NCBI RefSeq assembly: GCF_913774285.1
Contig: NZ_CAJYHX010000017.1
Location: forward strand, 2,873 to 66,872
Length of the DNA stretch: 64,000 nt
Direction: 5' to 3'
Source of the DNA: an uncultured Sphingomonas sp.
Lineage (GTDB): Bacteria; Pseudomonadota; Alphaproteobacteria; Sphingomonadales; Sphingomonadaceae
Under the pieces are notes generated by a model that was not told where the DNA came from, searched no databases, and saw nothing but the letters and a program-made list of their open reading frames with translations. Of the stretch, positions 11,705-20,843 are shown one piece after another. Position numbers and translations under genes: made by a program. Position 1 is the first letter of the stretch; the number at the start of each line of letters is the position of its first letter.

Positions 11705-11872
11705 TTATCGGCCTAAGGTCCTGGACGCGAAAGCCGTGCTCGGTTCGTCATGCGAGGTGATGCCGAGCGCGTCCGTCACCATGAAGCGCAGCATCAGGGC
11801 GAGCCCGAGCGCAACGACGAAGTACCAGACCATCAACGACTCGTCGCTCTTCGGTTTCCCGGAGCCCTTCAT
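11705..11872 (-). CDS. Small single-pass membrane protein (55 aa), hypothetical
   Basis: MKGSGKPKSDESLMVWYFVVALGLALMLRFMVTDALG...; SD-like AAAGAGG just before the ATG. Confidence 0.4.
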   Translation of the reverse strand: MKGSGKPKSDESLMVWYFVVALGLALMLRFMVTDALGITSHDEPSTAFASRTLGR

Positions 11873-12092
11873 GCCTCTTTCCCCCCCCCAGCGTCGGTTC
11901 CGCTCATAATGGGTGGCTGCGCGGAGCATAGTGCAAGTTGCGCGGGGTAAGATGGCGTATTGATCCATTTTGGAACTTGGGCACCATCTGCTCGCGCTCG
12001 GCGCGTTGATTTCAAGACAAATTCATGTTGAGGCCCGAACCGGGAATCTCATCGGGCGATTCCTATCGGCTGATTTGCAGCAGGGGGCGAGA

Positions 12093-13178
12093 ATGACAAG
12101 TTTGGGGGAACGGTTCGCCGCGCGCGCGACGACCGGTTTCGATTATGCGCGGCTCGTGCTCGCGCTGGCAGTGGTGCTTTGGCACACCTTTCCGGTCACG
12201 ATGTCGACAGAGGCGCTGCTGCCGCATGTCCATGAACCGATCATGGTGCTCGTGCGCGTCATCCTGCCGATGTTCTTCGCGCTCAGCGGCTTCCTGGTTT
12301 CTTCCAGCCTGGAGCGGGCGCCGAACCTCGGGGTGTTCCTCTGGCATCGCGTGCTGCGCATCTTTCCTGCGCTGACGGTGGAAGTGCTGTTGTCGGCGCT
12401 GATCCTGGGGCCGTTGCTGACCACGGTTTCGCTCGCCACCTATTTCACGCACCGCGAGTTCTTCCAGTATATGGTCAACATCATCGGCTGGATCCATTTC
12501 CGGCTGCCGGGCGTGTTCCTCGACAATCCCGTGTCGGGCATCGTCAACAGCTCGCTATGGACGGTGCCGTCGGAACTGGAATGCTACATCACGATCAGCG
12601 TGCTGTTCCTGATCGGATTCACCAAGCGACCGAAGCTGCTCGCCGCCACCTATATTCTCGCTGTCGCGCTTCTGACGTGGCGCCAGATGGCGACCGGTGC
12701 GCCGCTCTGGTTCAATGTCGACAAGTTCAACCTGACGCTCAGCTTCGTCGCCGGCATGGTCGTGTATCGGTATCGGCACGCGCTGCCGGGTGGCTTCGCG
12801 GTCGCCTTCGCCGCCTTTGCCGTCGCGTGCCTGCTGCTGTATTTCCCGAATGCGCAATATGTCGCCAGCTTCCCGGCGGCCTATGCGATTGCGGCTTTCG
12901 GCTGCAATCGCATGTGGCGTCCCAAGCTGCTCTTCGGCGGCGACTATTCCTACGGCCTGTACCTCTATGCCTATCCGATCCAGCAGACGGTGGTGCACCT
13001 GATCGGCCCGGGCAAGTTCTTCGAGACCCTCGGCCTGTCGCTGCTGGCGATGGTGTGCTTCGCGGTCTTCTCCTGGCACGTGATCGAGAAGCGTATCCTG
13101 GTGTTCAAGGACGCCTTCCCGGCCATCGCCCGCTGGGCGCGCCGCCCGAGCCTCACGCGACGCACCATCCCGGTGTGA
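12093..13178 (+). CDS. Acyltransferase family 3 (OafA/NolL-like membrane O-acyltransferase)
   Basis: GFDYARLVLALAVVLWH, MFFALSGFLV, WHRVLRIFPAL, NSSLWTVPSELECY, DYSYGLYLYAYPIQQ, SWHVIEK. Confidence 0.9.
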   Translation: MTSLGERFAARATTGFDYARLVLALAVVLWHTFPVTMSTEALLPHVHEPIMVLVRVILPMFFALSGFLVSSSLERAPNLGVFLWHRVLRIFPALTVEVLLSALILGPLLTTVSLATYFTHREFFQYMVNIIGWIHFRLPGVFLDNPVSGIVNSSLWTVPSELECYITISVLFLIGFTKRPKLLAATYILAVALLTWRQMATGAPLWFNVDKFNLTLSFVAGMVVYRYRHALPGGFAVAFAAFAVACLLLYFPNAQYVASFPAAYAIAAFGCNRMWRPKLLFGGDYSYGLYLYAYPIQQTVVHLIGPGKFFETLGLSLLAMVCFAVFSWHVIEKRILVFKDAFPAIARWARRPSLTRRTIPV

Positions 13179-13245
13179 CAACGACCGAACGACGCATCGG
13201 GAGGGGCAGATGCCCTCCCGATGCGCGATGTTCGGCGGTGTGGGA

Positions 13246-16200
13246 TCAGAACTTGAAGTTCGCGCCGGCGCTGAAGTTGCGACCGACGAGACCAGCATAG
13301 TGCCAGCTGCTCAGATAGTTCGGATTGCTGGTATAGGCACCGGCCGCAAGCGGCGCGCGTGCATTGGTGAAGTTCTGGATGTTGAGGAAGAAGCGGAACT
13401 TGTCGTTTACCTCCACCGCCGCGTTCAGATCGGCATAGATGAACGGACGGATGTAGCAGAACTTCGCGGCATCCTCCGGACGGGCGATTGGCGCGAGCGT
13501 GTGCGAGCACGACAGATCCACCACGGTGTTCGGCGCTGCTGAAATTTCGTCCGCCGCGACCTGCTTGATGCGGCCGACATAGTAGGTCGTCGCGGTCAGC
13601 GAGAACTTGCCGACTTCCAGCGCATTCTGCCAGTTGCCGCGCATCCGCGGGGTACCGCCACCCGACGACAGCTCGTAAGGCCCGAGCGTACCGGCATATT
13701 TCTGCACGACCCCGGTCGGGGTGACCAGATCGAGGCGCAGAACGCGGGTGAGGTCGACGCGGCTGATCAGGCGCACATTGTCGGAGAAGCGAATGTTCGC
13801 AGTCGCCTGCATGTCGAGGCCCGAGCTGACCTGATAGTTGGCGTTCACATAGGGCACGTTGAACACCAGCAGGCGCGGCAGGGCAGTCGGGTTGACCGGA
13901 TCCGGTGCGTCGACGACGTTGCACTGATAGCCAGGCCCGACCGCGGCCAGCGCGGCGCAGGCGGCGGCGGCGTTGGTCTGGCCGTAATAGGCCTTGATCG
14001 CATCGGCCCGCAGCGGACCGCTGACGATGAGGTTCGACTTCTTGATGTTGTAATAGTCGACCGTGACGTTGAACCAGCGCGTCGGCTTCAGCATCGTCCC
14101 GATGGTGACGCTCTGCGAATTTTCCGGCAGGATGTTCGGGTTGCCGGTGGCCCCGCTGCCGATGTTGTAGGTGCCCGAATAGGCCGGATTGCCCGGGTGG
14201 GCTGCGACGAACGGCGCGAGCGGCGTGTAGGACGAGAAGCCCGAATAGCTGCTTGCCGGATTGTACTCCGCGAAGGTCGGTGCGCGGAAGCCCTGCGAGT
14301 AGGTGGCGCGGAACGCGATCTGCTCGGTCGGGTTGAACTTCACGCCAACCTTGGGCGAGAAGTGGCTATAGCCCTGCGAATAATGGTCGTAGCGGCCCGA
14401 CACGTTCAGATCGACGGTCTTCAGGAACGGCGCATCGATTTCGAAGAAGCCGGCAGTGACGGTTTGACGACCCTGCGCCGACGAAGTGTTCAGCGCGTAG
14501 TAGCTGAGATCCGCATTCTGGTTGCGGTTCATCAGCGTCTCACGACGGATCTGGAAGCCGCCGCCGACATTAAGATCGCCGCCGGGCAGCGACATGACCG
14601 ACTTGATCAGCGAGCCGCCGATCGTCGCCACGGTCGAGTAAGACGGCGTGGTGCGCTCCGGCGAGATCTGGTTGCGCACCGCTGCAGTATTCTGCTCCGG
14701 ATTGACGAAATTATACGAACCCGTGTTAATCGCGTTCAACAGGCCCTGAATATTGATAAATCCGCGCTGCGTTACGCTGAAATTGTCGCGGGCATAAACG
14801 CCGTTGAGGCGGAAGGTGAAGCCGTTGCCGAACTTGCCCGAAATGCCGGCGGTGGTGCGGAACACATCGACATAGCGGAAGCTGCCGGCGGGGATGTCGC
14901 CGAACAGATAGTAGATGCGGGCTGCGTTCTGCGTCGGGTCGGCGCCGGCGACGGCATAGGGGTTGTTCGGATTGAGCCGGCGATCGGCGGCGGTGGCGCA
15001 GTTCACGCCCGAGGCGCAGACATACATCGGCAGCACGATGCCCGGGCTGCTGGATGCGATCGAGGCCGAGCCGCCGAACGGCTGGGTCTGGCGAATGCCC
15101 GACGGCGTGCCCGTGATGCTGACTTCCGAATGCGAGTAGCTGCCGCTCGCGAACGCTTCCAGATTGTCGCTCAGACGCGCGGTGAGGCGCGCCGTGGTCG
15201 AATAGCGCTGCTGCTTGGGCTGGATGATCGAATATTCATCGGGAAGATTGTGCTTGCAGCCGGTGCCCTGCGCGGCGCCTGACGTCACCGTGAACGTGCC
15301 GTTCGCGCACGCATTCGGATTGAGCAGCTGGTACTGGTTGGTCAGCGGCGCGCCGACCTGACCGGCCAGGGGGTTATTGAGATCCGTCTGCCGAACGCGG
15401 GTGACTACGGCCTGCGGGTTCGGCGTGGTCAAACTGTCGTCGTTGCGATTGCGATCGAGCAGGCCGCTCGGCGTCAGGTCGAGCGTGTTGAAGGGGTAGC
15501 CGCGCGAGTGATTGGTGATGTACCCGTCATAGGTATATTCGCCATTCACATAGAAGTTGAAGCCCTTCTCCTGGTAGTCACCCACGCCGGCGGTCAGGGT
15601 CGCACGATAGTGCGAACCGTCCCCACGTTCGGTCGTGCCGCCCTGGACCGAGCCTTCGATCCCCTGAACATTCTTCTTGCTGATCAGGTTGACGACGCCG
15701 CCGATTGCATCCGCACCGTACGTCGACGACGCGCCGTCCTTCAGCACTTCGATGCGGTCGACGATGCTGAACGGGATCGAGTTCAGGTCGACATAGGAAT
15801 TGTGACCATCGTCGTTAAGCGGGAAGTTCGCCGAGCGGAGCCCGTCGATCAGCACGACGGTCGACGACACGCCCAGGCCGCGCAGCGATACGGCGGCGCC
15901 ACCGGCTGAGAAGCCGTTGCGGAAACCGGTCGAGATCGACCCGGCGCTGTCCGCAGATACCGAGCGGATCGCGTCCTGCGCGGTGGTGATGTTGGCGCGC
16001 TGCAGCGTCTCCGAACTCAGCACGGTTACCGGCGAGATCGAGCTTGCGTTCGAATTGCGGAACAGCGTGCCGGTGACGACGATGGGGGCCTGATCGGCCG
16101 GAGCGGCTTGGTCCTGCGCGTCGGGCGCGGCCGGGTCCTGCGACGCTTCAACCGCGCTTGCGGGAGCGTCGGCCGCCTGTACGGGCGCCGCGTTCTGGGC

Positions 16201-16290
16201 ATAGGCCGGAGCTGCGATAGCGGTCAGCAGCGCGGCGGTCGAAATGCCATACCGCAGGTTCAGAAAACGCGCGGAATCCATCAAAATCAT
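13246..16290 (-). CDS. TonB-dependent receptor
   Basis: Signal peptide, TonB box PIVVTGT, plug motifs VSLRGLG..TVVLIDGLR, DRIEVLKDGASSTYGADAIGGVVNLI, C-terminal GRNFSAGANFKF. Start at 16290 chosen from SD AAAAGGG. Confidence 0.95.
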   Translation of the reverse strand: MILMDSARFLNLRYGISTAALLTAIAAPAYAQNAAPVQAADAPASAVEASQDPAAPDAQDQAAPADQAPIVVTGTLFRNSNASSISPVTVLSSETLQRANITTAQDAIRSVSADSAGSISTGFRNGFSAGGAAVSLRGLGVSSTVVLIDGLRSANFPLNDDGHNSYVDLNSIPFSIVDRIEVLKDGASSTYGADAIGGVVNLISKKNVQGIEGSVQGGTTERGDGSHYRATLTAGVGDYQEKGFNFYVNGEYTYDGYITNHSRGYPFNTLDLTPSGLLDRNRNDDSLTTPNPQAVVTRVRQTDLNNPLAGQVGAPLTNQYQLLNPNACANGTFTVTSGAAQGTGCKHNLPDEYSIIQPKQQRYSTTARLTARLSDNLEAFASGSYSHSEVSITGTPSGIRQTQPFGGSASIASSSPGIVLPMYVCASGVNCATAADRRLNPNNPYAVAGADPTQNAARIYYLFGDIPAGSFRYVDVFRTTAGISGKFGNGFTFRLNGVYARDNFSVTQRGFINIQGLLNAINTGSYNFVNPEQNTAAVRNQISPERTTPSYSTVATIGGSLIKSVMSLPGGDLNVGGGFQIRRETLMNRNQNADLSYYALNTSSAQGRQTVTAGFFEIDAPFLKTVDLNVSGRYDHYSQGYSHFSPKVGVKFNPTEQIAFRATYSQGFRAPTFAEYNPASSYSGFSSYTPLAPFVAAHPGNPAYSGTYNIGSGATGNPNILPENSQSVTIGTMLKPTRWFNVTVDYYNIKKSNLIVSGPLRADAIKAYYGQTNAAAACAALAAVGPGYQCNVVDAPDPVNPTALPRLLVFNVPYVNANYQVSSGLDMQATANIRFSDNVRLISRVDLTRVLRLDLVTPTGVVQKYAGTLGPYELSSGGGTPRMRGNWQNALEVGKFSLTATTYYVGRIKQVAADEISAAPNTVVDLSCSHTLAPIARPEDAAKFCYIRPFIYADLNAAVEVNDKFRFFLNIQNFTNARAPLAAGAYTSNPNYLSSWHYAGLVGRNFSAGANFKF

Positions 16291-16377
16291 GAAGCTGTTC
16301 CCTTTTAGCGCAGCAACGACTTTTGTCGTTTCGATCCAATCCAACGGAGCTGCGAGGGAGCAGCTATCATCGGCGAA

Positions 16378-16393
16378 GTTAAGGAGGGTTTAA
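16378..16393 (-). promoter_or_regulatory. CtrA-binding box (TTAA-N7-TTAAC)
   Basis: Minus strand TTAA-ACCCTCC-TTAAC, ~90 nt upstream of the TonB receptor start; exact match to the alphaproteobacterial CtrA consensus. Confidence 0.65.
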
Positions 16394-16871
16394 AAATATC
16401 GCTGGCGAATCGAAGGGTTACTGAAGGTTCCGGCTGCAGTCTTCAGTGGTCTTCCGCGATAATTTTCGCTTAATTCTCGATGGCGGCACACGTCACGTCA
16501 GCGCAACGATGGCACGAAGTTGCAGGATTTCCTCCTCGTTGATTTTTCGCGCCTGGCATTGCTTTCCAACGTTGCGCGGGGGGAGCGTTCTTGCGTCGGT
16601 CTGACGCGCCGTTACGCGCAGCTGTTGTCCCGGTGCGGAAGCGCCCGGACCAGCCGGCGCCTTCCTCGCGCTGGGCAAGTAATCGGCGGTGCCAGCGCAG
16701 CGGGGCAACGTCGTGCGCGCCGTTAGCACCTGGCTAACGATATCTGGATATAGTCGATTAGGTCGTGCGGTTTAGCCTGCGAGGACCATAAGTCGTTGGG
16801 AGGCTTGGCGACGTGTCAGGGGAGAGGCGCTCTCGGGGAGCGCCCGGAACGGATTGCGCAGGGCGTCTGCC

Positions 16872-18128
16872 ATGGCGGCCCTGAAGACCGTGCCGGCGGC
16901 AGAGGTCCGGCTCGGGATGTTCATCCACGGCTTCGAGGGGTCATGGTGGGAACACCCGTTCTGGCGGACCCGCTTCCTGCTCACAGAGCTTGAGGATCTC
17001 CAGAAACTGCGTGCGTTTCAAGGCGGCGTGATCATCGATGTCGCGCGGTCGCAGGAGCCCGCGCAGGATCTTGATGCGACCGCCGCCGCAGCCGCCGCGC
17101 GGGGCGGGGAGGGGGCGGAAACATCTGCTGTTTCACCGCCGGCGAACGCGAAAAGGCAATTTCCCGAATCCCCCTCAGCCCGTTTTTCCGCCGATCAGGC
17201 GCAGGCCGCGGCGCTGGTCGCGGGCGCACTCGATACCGTGCGCGGTACGTTCGACGATGTCCGCCTGGGGCGCGCGGTTGCACATGAGAAGGTCGCCGCG
17301 CTGGTCGACGACATTGCCGGGCAGCTCGATCGCAATGCCTCGGCGCTGCTCCGTGTGCTCCAGCTCAAGAGCAAGCACCAATATACCTATCTGCATTCGG
17401 TCGCGGTGTGCACGCTGATGGTCAACCTGGCGCGGCACCTGGCGATGGACGACGAGGCGGTGCGCACGCTGGGGCTGGCCGGGCTGCTCCACGATGTCGG
17501 CAAGGTGGCGATCCCCGATGCCGTGCTCGACAAGCCCGGCCGGCTCTCGCCCGAGGAATTTGCGGTGGTGCGCACCCATCCGGAAAAGGGCGCGGCGCTG
17601 CTGCGCGAGGATGGCGCGATGCCGGCGCTGGCGATGGAGGTCTGCCTTCACCATCACGAGCGCTGGGACGGCAACGGCTATCCGCACGGGCTGAAGGCCG
17701 ACGCGATCAGCCTGCCCGCGCGGATGGGCGCGATCTGCGACGTGTACGATGCGCTGACCTCACATCGGGCCTACAAGAATGCGTGGCTCCCGGCCCGCGC
17801 GCTGGGCGCGATGTGGAGCTGGGACGGACATTTCGACAGGGAGTTGCTGTTCCAGTTCATGCGCAGCATCAACCTCTACCCACCGGGCATGCTGGTGCGG
17901 CTCGCCTCGGACCGGCTGGCCCTGGTGCTCGACAATGGCGGGCGGGCGACGCGGACGCGGCTGCTGGTCTTCCACTCCTTTGCCGAGGACAGCGCGCTAA
18001 CTCCACGAACTCTGGCGCTCGACGTCGGAACGGAGGAGGACAAGGTCGTGGGATTCATCCGGCCGGAAGATTCGCCTACCGCGATTCCGTCGCTGGACTT
18101 GTACCCGCCGGTCCCTGTAACAAATTAG
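16872..18128 (+). CDS. HD-GYP cyclic-di-GMP phosphodiesterase with N-terminal DUF3391-like domain
   Basis: N-terminus VRLGMFIHGFEGSWWEHPFWR; YTYLHSVAV, LLHDVGK, HHHERWDGNGYPHGL, ICDVYDALTSHRAYK. Confidence 0.9.
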   Translation: MAALKTVPAAEVRLGMFIHGFEGSWWEHPFWRTRFLLTELEDLQKLRAFQGGVIIDVARSQEPAQDLDATAAAAAARGGEGAETSAVSPPANAKRQFPESPSARFSADQAQAAALVAGALDTVRGTFDDVRLGRAVAHEKVAALVDDIAGQLDRNASALLRVLQLKSKHQYTYLHSVAVCTLMVNLARHLAMDDEAVRTLGLAGLLHDVGKVAIPDAVLDKPGRLSPEEFAVVRTHPEKGAALLREDGAMPALAMEVCLHHHERWDGNGYPHGLKADAISLPARMGAICDVYDALTSHRAYKNAWLPARALGAMWSWDGHFDRELLFQFMRSINLYPPGMLVRLASDRLALVLDNGGRATRTRLLVFHSFAEDSALTPRTLALDVGTEEDKVVGFIRPEDSPTAIPSLDLYPPVPVTN

Positions 18129-18211
18129 GCATAATACCGGAACGGCACGCGATTCCGGATCGTCTATAAGCAAGAACAGGAAGAGGGTCGCTTGAACGGA
18201 GTCGCCGTATA

Positions 18212-18349
18212 ATGCGTGCATTACATGAATTGCCGCCGGAGCAGGTCGAAGGCCGGGGTGTGGATCCCGCTGCATCGCGCAGCCTGCTGATCATGGCGAT
18301 GGGCAGCGTGCTCTTCTGGGCGAGCGTGGCGGTGTGGATCCTTCGCTGA
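18212..18349 (+). CDS. Small membrane protein (45 aa), below the ORF-track cutoff
   Basis: MRALHELPPEQVEGRGVDPAASRSLLIMAMGSVLFWASVAVWILR*; CGGAG SD ~10 nt upstream; C-terminal TM helix. Confidence 0.5.
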   Translation: MRALHELPPEQVEGRGVDPAASRSLLIMAMGSVLFWASVAVWILR

Positions 18350-18488
18350 TCGGCGCGTAGTTCGTCTTGGTGGCGTAACAGCTTTTCCGTTCCGGCACGG
18401 CGTTGCAGATATGTCCCGCGACGCCATGTTGCTTCCGACGATGCCCTGTCTCTAGAAGCGGCATCGAAGATTCGTCGGAAAGCAGAGC

Positions 18489-19460
18489 ATGACCGCCACC
18501 CATTCTACCCGCATGTTGATTCTGGGCTCGGGCCCCGCCGGCCTCTCGGCCGCCATTTACGGCGCGCGCGCAGGCCTCGCCCCGATCGTCGTCCAGGGCA
18601 TCCAGCCCGGCGGCCAGCTGACCACCACCACCGATGTCGAGAATTATCCCGGCTTCCGCGAGGTGATCCAGGGCCCGTGGCTGATGCAGGAGATGCAGGC
18701 CCAGGCCGAGCATGTCGGCGCGCAGATGATGTGGGACACGATCGTCGAGATCGACGTCAGCCAGCGCCCGTTCCGCCTCGTCGGCGACGGCGGCACCGTC
18801 TACACCGGCGACACGCTGGTGATCGCCACCGGCGCGCAGGCGCGCTGGCTGGGGCTGGATTCGGAGGAACTGCTCAAGGGCAAGGGCGTCAGCGCTTGCG
18901 CGACCTGCGACGGCTTCTTCTTCCGCGGCAAGAAGGTGGCAGTGATCGGCGGCGGCAACACCGCGGTCGAGGAAGCGCTGTACCTCACCAACCACAGCCA
19001 TGACGTGACGCTGATCCACCGCCGCGATTCGCTGCGCGCCGAGAAGATCCTCCAGCAGCGCCTGTTCGCCAACGAGCGGATCACCATGGCGTGGAACAAG
19101 GAAGTCGTGCGTTTCATCGGGGGCGGCCAGCCCGAAGGCCTGGTCGGCATCGAACTGAAGGACACGGTGACCGGCGAGCTCTCGACGCTGGAGGTCGATG
19201 GCGGCTTCGTCGCGATCGGCCATCACCCGGCGACCGAGCTGTTCCGCGGCCATATCGCGCTCGACGACGACGGCTATATCCAGGTCGAGAAGGGCACGAC
19301 CAACACCAGCGTGCCCGGCGTGTTCGCCTGCGGCGACGTGATGGACAAGCATTACCGCCAGGCGATCACCGCCGCCGGCACCGGCTGCATGGCCGCGCTC
19401 GACGCCGAGCGCTTCCTCGCGGCGGCGGATTTCGAGACGGTCGCGCAGGCGGCCGAATAA
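18489..19460 (+). CDS. trxB: Thioredoxin-disulfide reductase
   Basis: ILGSGPAGLSAAIY, GGQLTTTTDVENYPG, SACATCDGFFF, VIGGGNTAVEEA, FACGDV, QAITAAGTGC. Confidence 0.98.
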   Translation: MTATHSTRMLILGSGPAGLSAAIYGARAGLAPIVVQGIQPGGQLTTTTDVENYPGFREVIQGPWLMQEMQAQAEHVGAQMMWDTIVEIDVSQRPFRLVGDGGTVYTGDTLVIATGAQARWLGLDSEELLKGKGVSACATCDGFFFRGKKVAVIGGGNTAVEEALYLTNHSHDVTLIHRRDSLRAEKILQQRLFANERITMAWNKEVVRFIGGGQPEGLVGIELKDTVTGELSTLEVDGGFVAIGHHPATELFRGHIALDDDGYIQVEKGTTNTSVPGVFACGDVMDKHYRQAITAAGTGCMAALDAERFLAAADFETVAQAAE

Positions 19461-19467
19461 CGAGAGG

Positions 19468-20214
19468 TCAGGGCGCTCGCTGCTCGGCGAGCGCCTCGAT
19501 CACCCGCTCGTATAGCCAGGCCTTGTCGGCAGTGCCGGCGAAAACATGGCTGGCGGTATCAAACTGCTTGCGGCGCACGCGGGTGCCGGCGGCGGCGTAG
19601 GCCGGCTTGTGCAGGAATTCGGCGAAGTCCGCGGCGATCTTGTCGCGGGTGGCGAGCAGTACCGTCATCGGCACCTCCGCCGCGGTGAACGCGGCGGCGA
19701 GTTCGCTGCCGAGGTTGCGATGGGTTTCCGGCCGCCGTGTCGCGACTCTGCCGATCACCTGCCGCATCCAGCCGCGCGCCGCTTCTCCCTCCTCGGCTTC
19801 TTCCGGCGGGGGGAGGGGGGCGACGATAACGGGATTTGCGAGCAGCAGCGCGTCAATCCGCGCCTGGGCATGGAACAGCGCAAGCGCCGTCGCGCCGTCG
19901 CCATTGCCGAACGCGACCACGCGCCGCAGTTTCGCCTCGCGCCGGAAGATGCTTGCAGCCGCAACGATGTCCGGCGCGCTTTCCAGAAAGCCCTGGTTGC
20001 TGCCCGCCGAATCGCCGACGCCGCGGCGATCGAAGCGGAACACCGGATAGCCCGCCGCCGCGATGCGATGCGCCAGCTGCGACATGCTGCGATGCGGCCC
20101 GCTGCGAATTTCGTTGCCGTTCGACACGATCAGCAGCCCGGTAGCGCCCGACGCGCTGTCCAGCGTGCCGACCAGCATGTCGCCCAGGCAGGGGAAGCCG
20201 ATCAGGCTTCGCAC
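19468..20214 (-). CDS. Alpha/beta hydrolase 1, exosortase A system-associated (appears degenerate)
   Basis: GTG start at 20214. GNEIRSGPHRSMSQLAHRIAAAGYPVFRFDRRGVGDSAG; the nucleophile elbow reads FGNGDGA. Confidence 0.8.
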   Translation of the reverse strand: MRSLIGFPCLGDMLVGTLDSASGATGLLIVSNGNEIRSGPHRSMSQLAHRIAAAGYPVFRFDRRGVGDSAGSNQGFLESAPDIVAAASIFRREAKLRRVVAFGNGDGATALALFHAQARIDALLLANPVIVAPLPPPEEAEEGEAARGWMRQVIGRVATRRPETHRNLGSELAAAFTAAEVPMTVLLATRDKIAADFAEFLHKPAYAAAGTRVRRKQFDTASHVFAGTADKAWLYERVIEALAEQRAP

Positions 20215-20843
20215 ATGCGCACCCAGGCGGCGAGGTCGTCGGCAAGCAGCGTCGCGAGATCGAGGTCGTTGTCGGGCGTCGGCTCGCGCCACAGCGCGCG
20301 GCCGGGGACGAGGCGATCGGCCGGACGGGTGTCGCCCTCCAGCCGGAGCGTGCGGGCGGGCTCGACATGGCAGTCGGGCAGTTCCTCTAGGAACGTGTCG
20401 GGCAGGCGATGGCCACCATAACCGGGCGCGTCGCCGATGCGGTGGATGCGGCGGAGCGCGCGGAGCAGCGCGTCCCCGGGTTGCGGCGCGAAGTGCCAGC
20501 GGCGGCGGATGACCACGCTGCCGTCAAGCAGGGCGCCGCTGCGGATGGCCATGGAGTAGGCGCGGCCGCCGGCGGTGCGCGCTGCCGCCGCGAAGCCCGC
20601 GCGCAGATCGGAGATGGCGATGCGCTCGCTGGGGATCAGGCTCTCGCCGGTGCCGGGAAGCTCGGGCAGCACGCCGGCGATGCCGTGGTTCTCGGCGAGC
20701 GACCGGAGGATCGTCGCGGCGAACCCGCGCATCCGGTTCGCCTCTTCAAACAGCGGCAACGCCGCGATGACGACGGGGCCGCTGCCGGGACCGAAGCGCA
20801 CCATCGCTTCGCGGCCGCCTGCCCAGTCATAGGGTTCGATCAC
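20202..20843 (-). CDS. Hydrolase 2-like protein, exosortase A system-associated
   Basis: ALPLFEEANRMR, GVLPELPGTGES, AIRSGALLD; sits between the ACP and hydrolase 1 genes. Confidence 0.75.
   Translation of the reverse strand: MIEPYDWAGGREAMVRFGPGSGPVVIAALPLFEEANRMRGFAATILRSLAENHGIAGVLPELPGTGESLIPSERIAISDLRAGFAAAARTAGGRAYSMAIRSGALLDGSVVIRRRWHFAPQPGDALLRALRRIHRIGDAPGYGGHRLPDTFLEELPDCHVEPARTLRLEGDTRPADRLVPGRALWREPTPDNDLDLATLLADDLAAWVRMCEA

Noticed and set aside
16510-16524. TGGCACGAAGTTGCA, sigma54-like promoter
   Set aside because: GG and GC are separated by 9 nt, not the required 10. The same defect applies to CGGCACGGCGTTGCA near 18393.
18192-18213. TTGAAC...TATAAT as a sigma70 promoter
   Set aside because: Spacer is only 10 nt, and TATAAT overlaps the small ORF's start codon.
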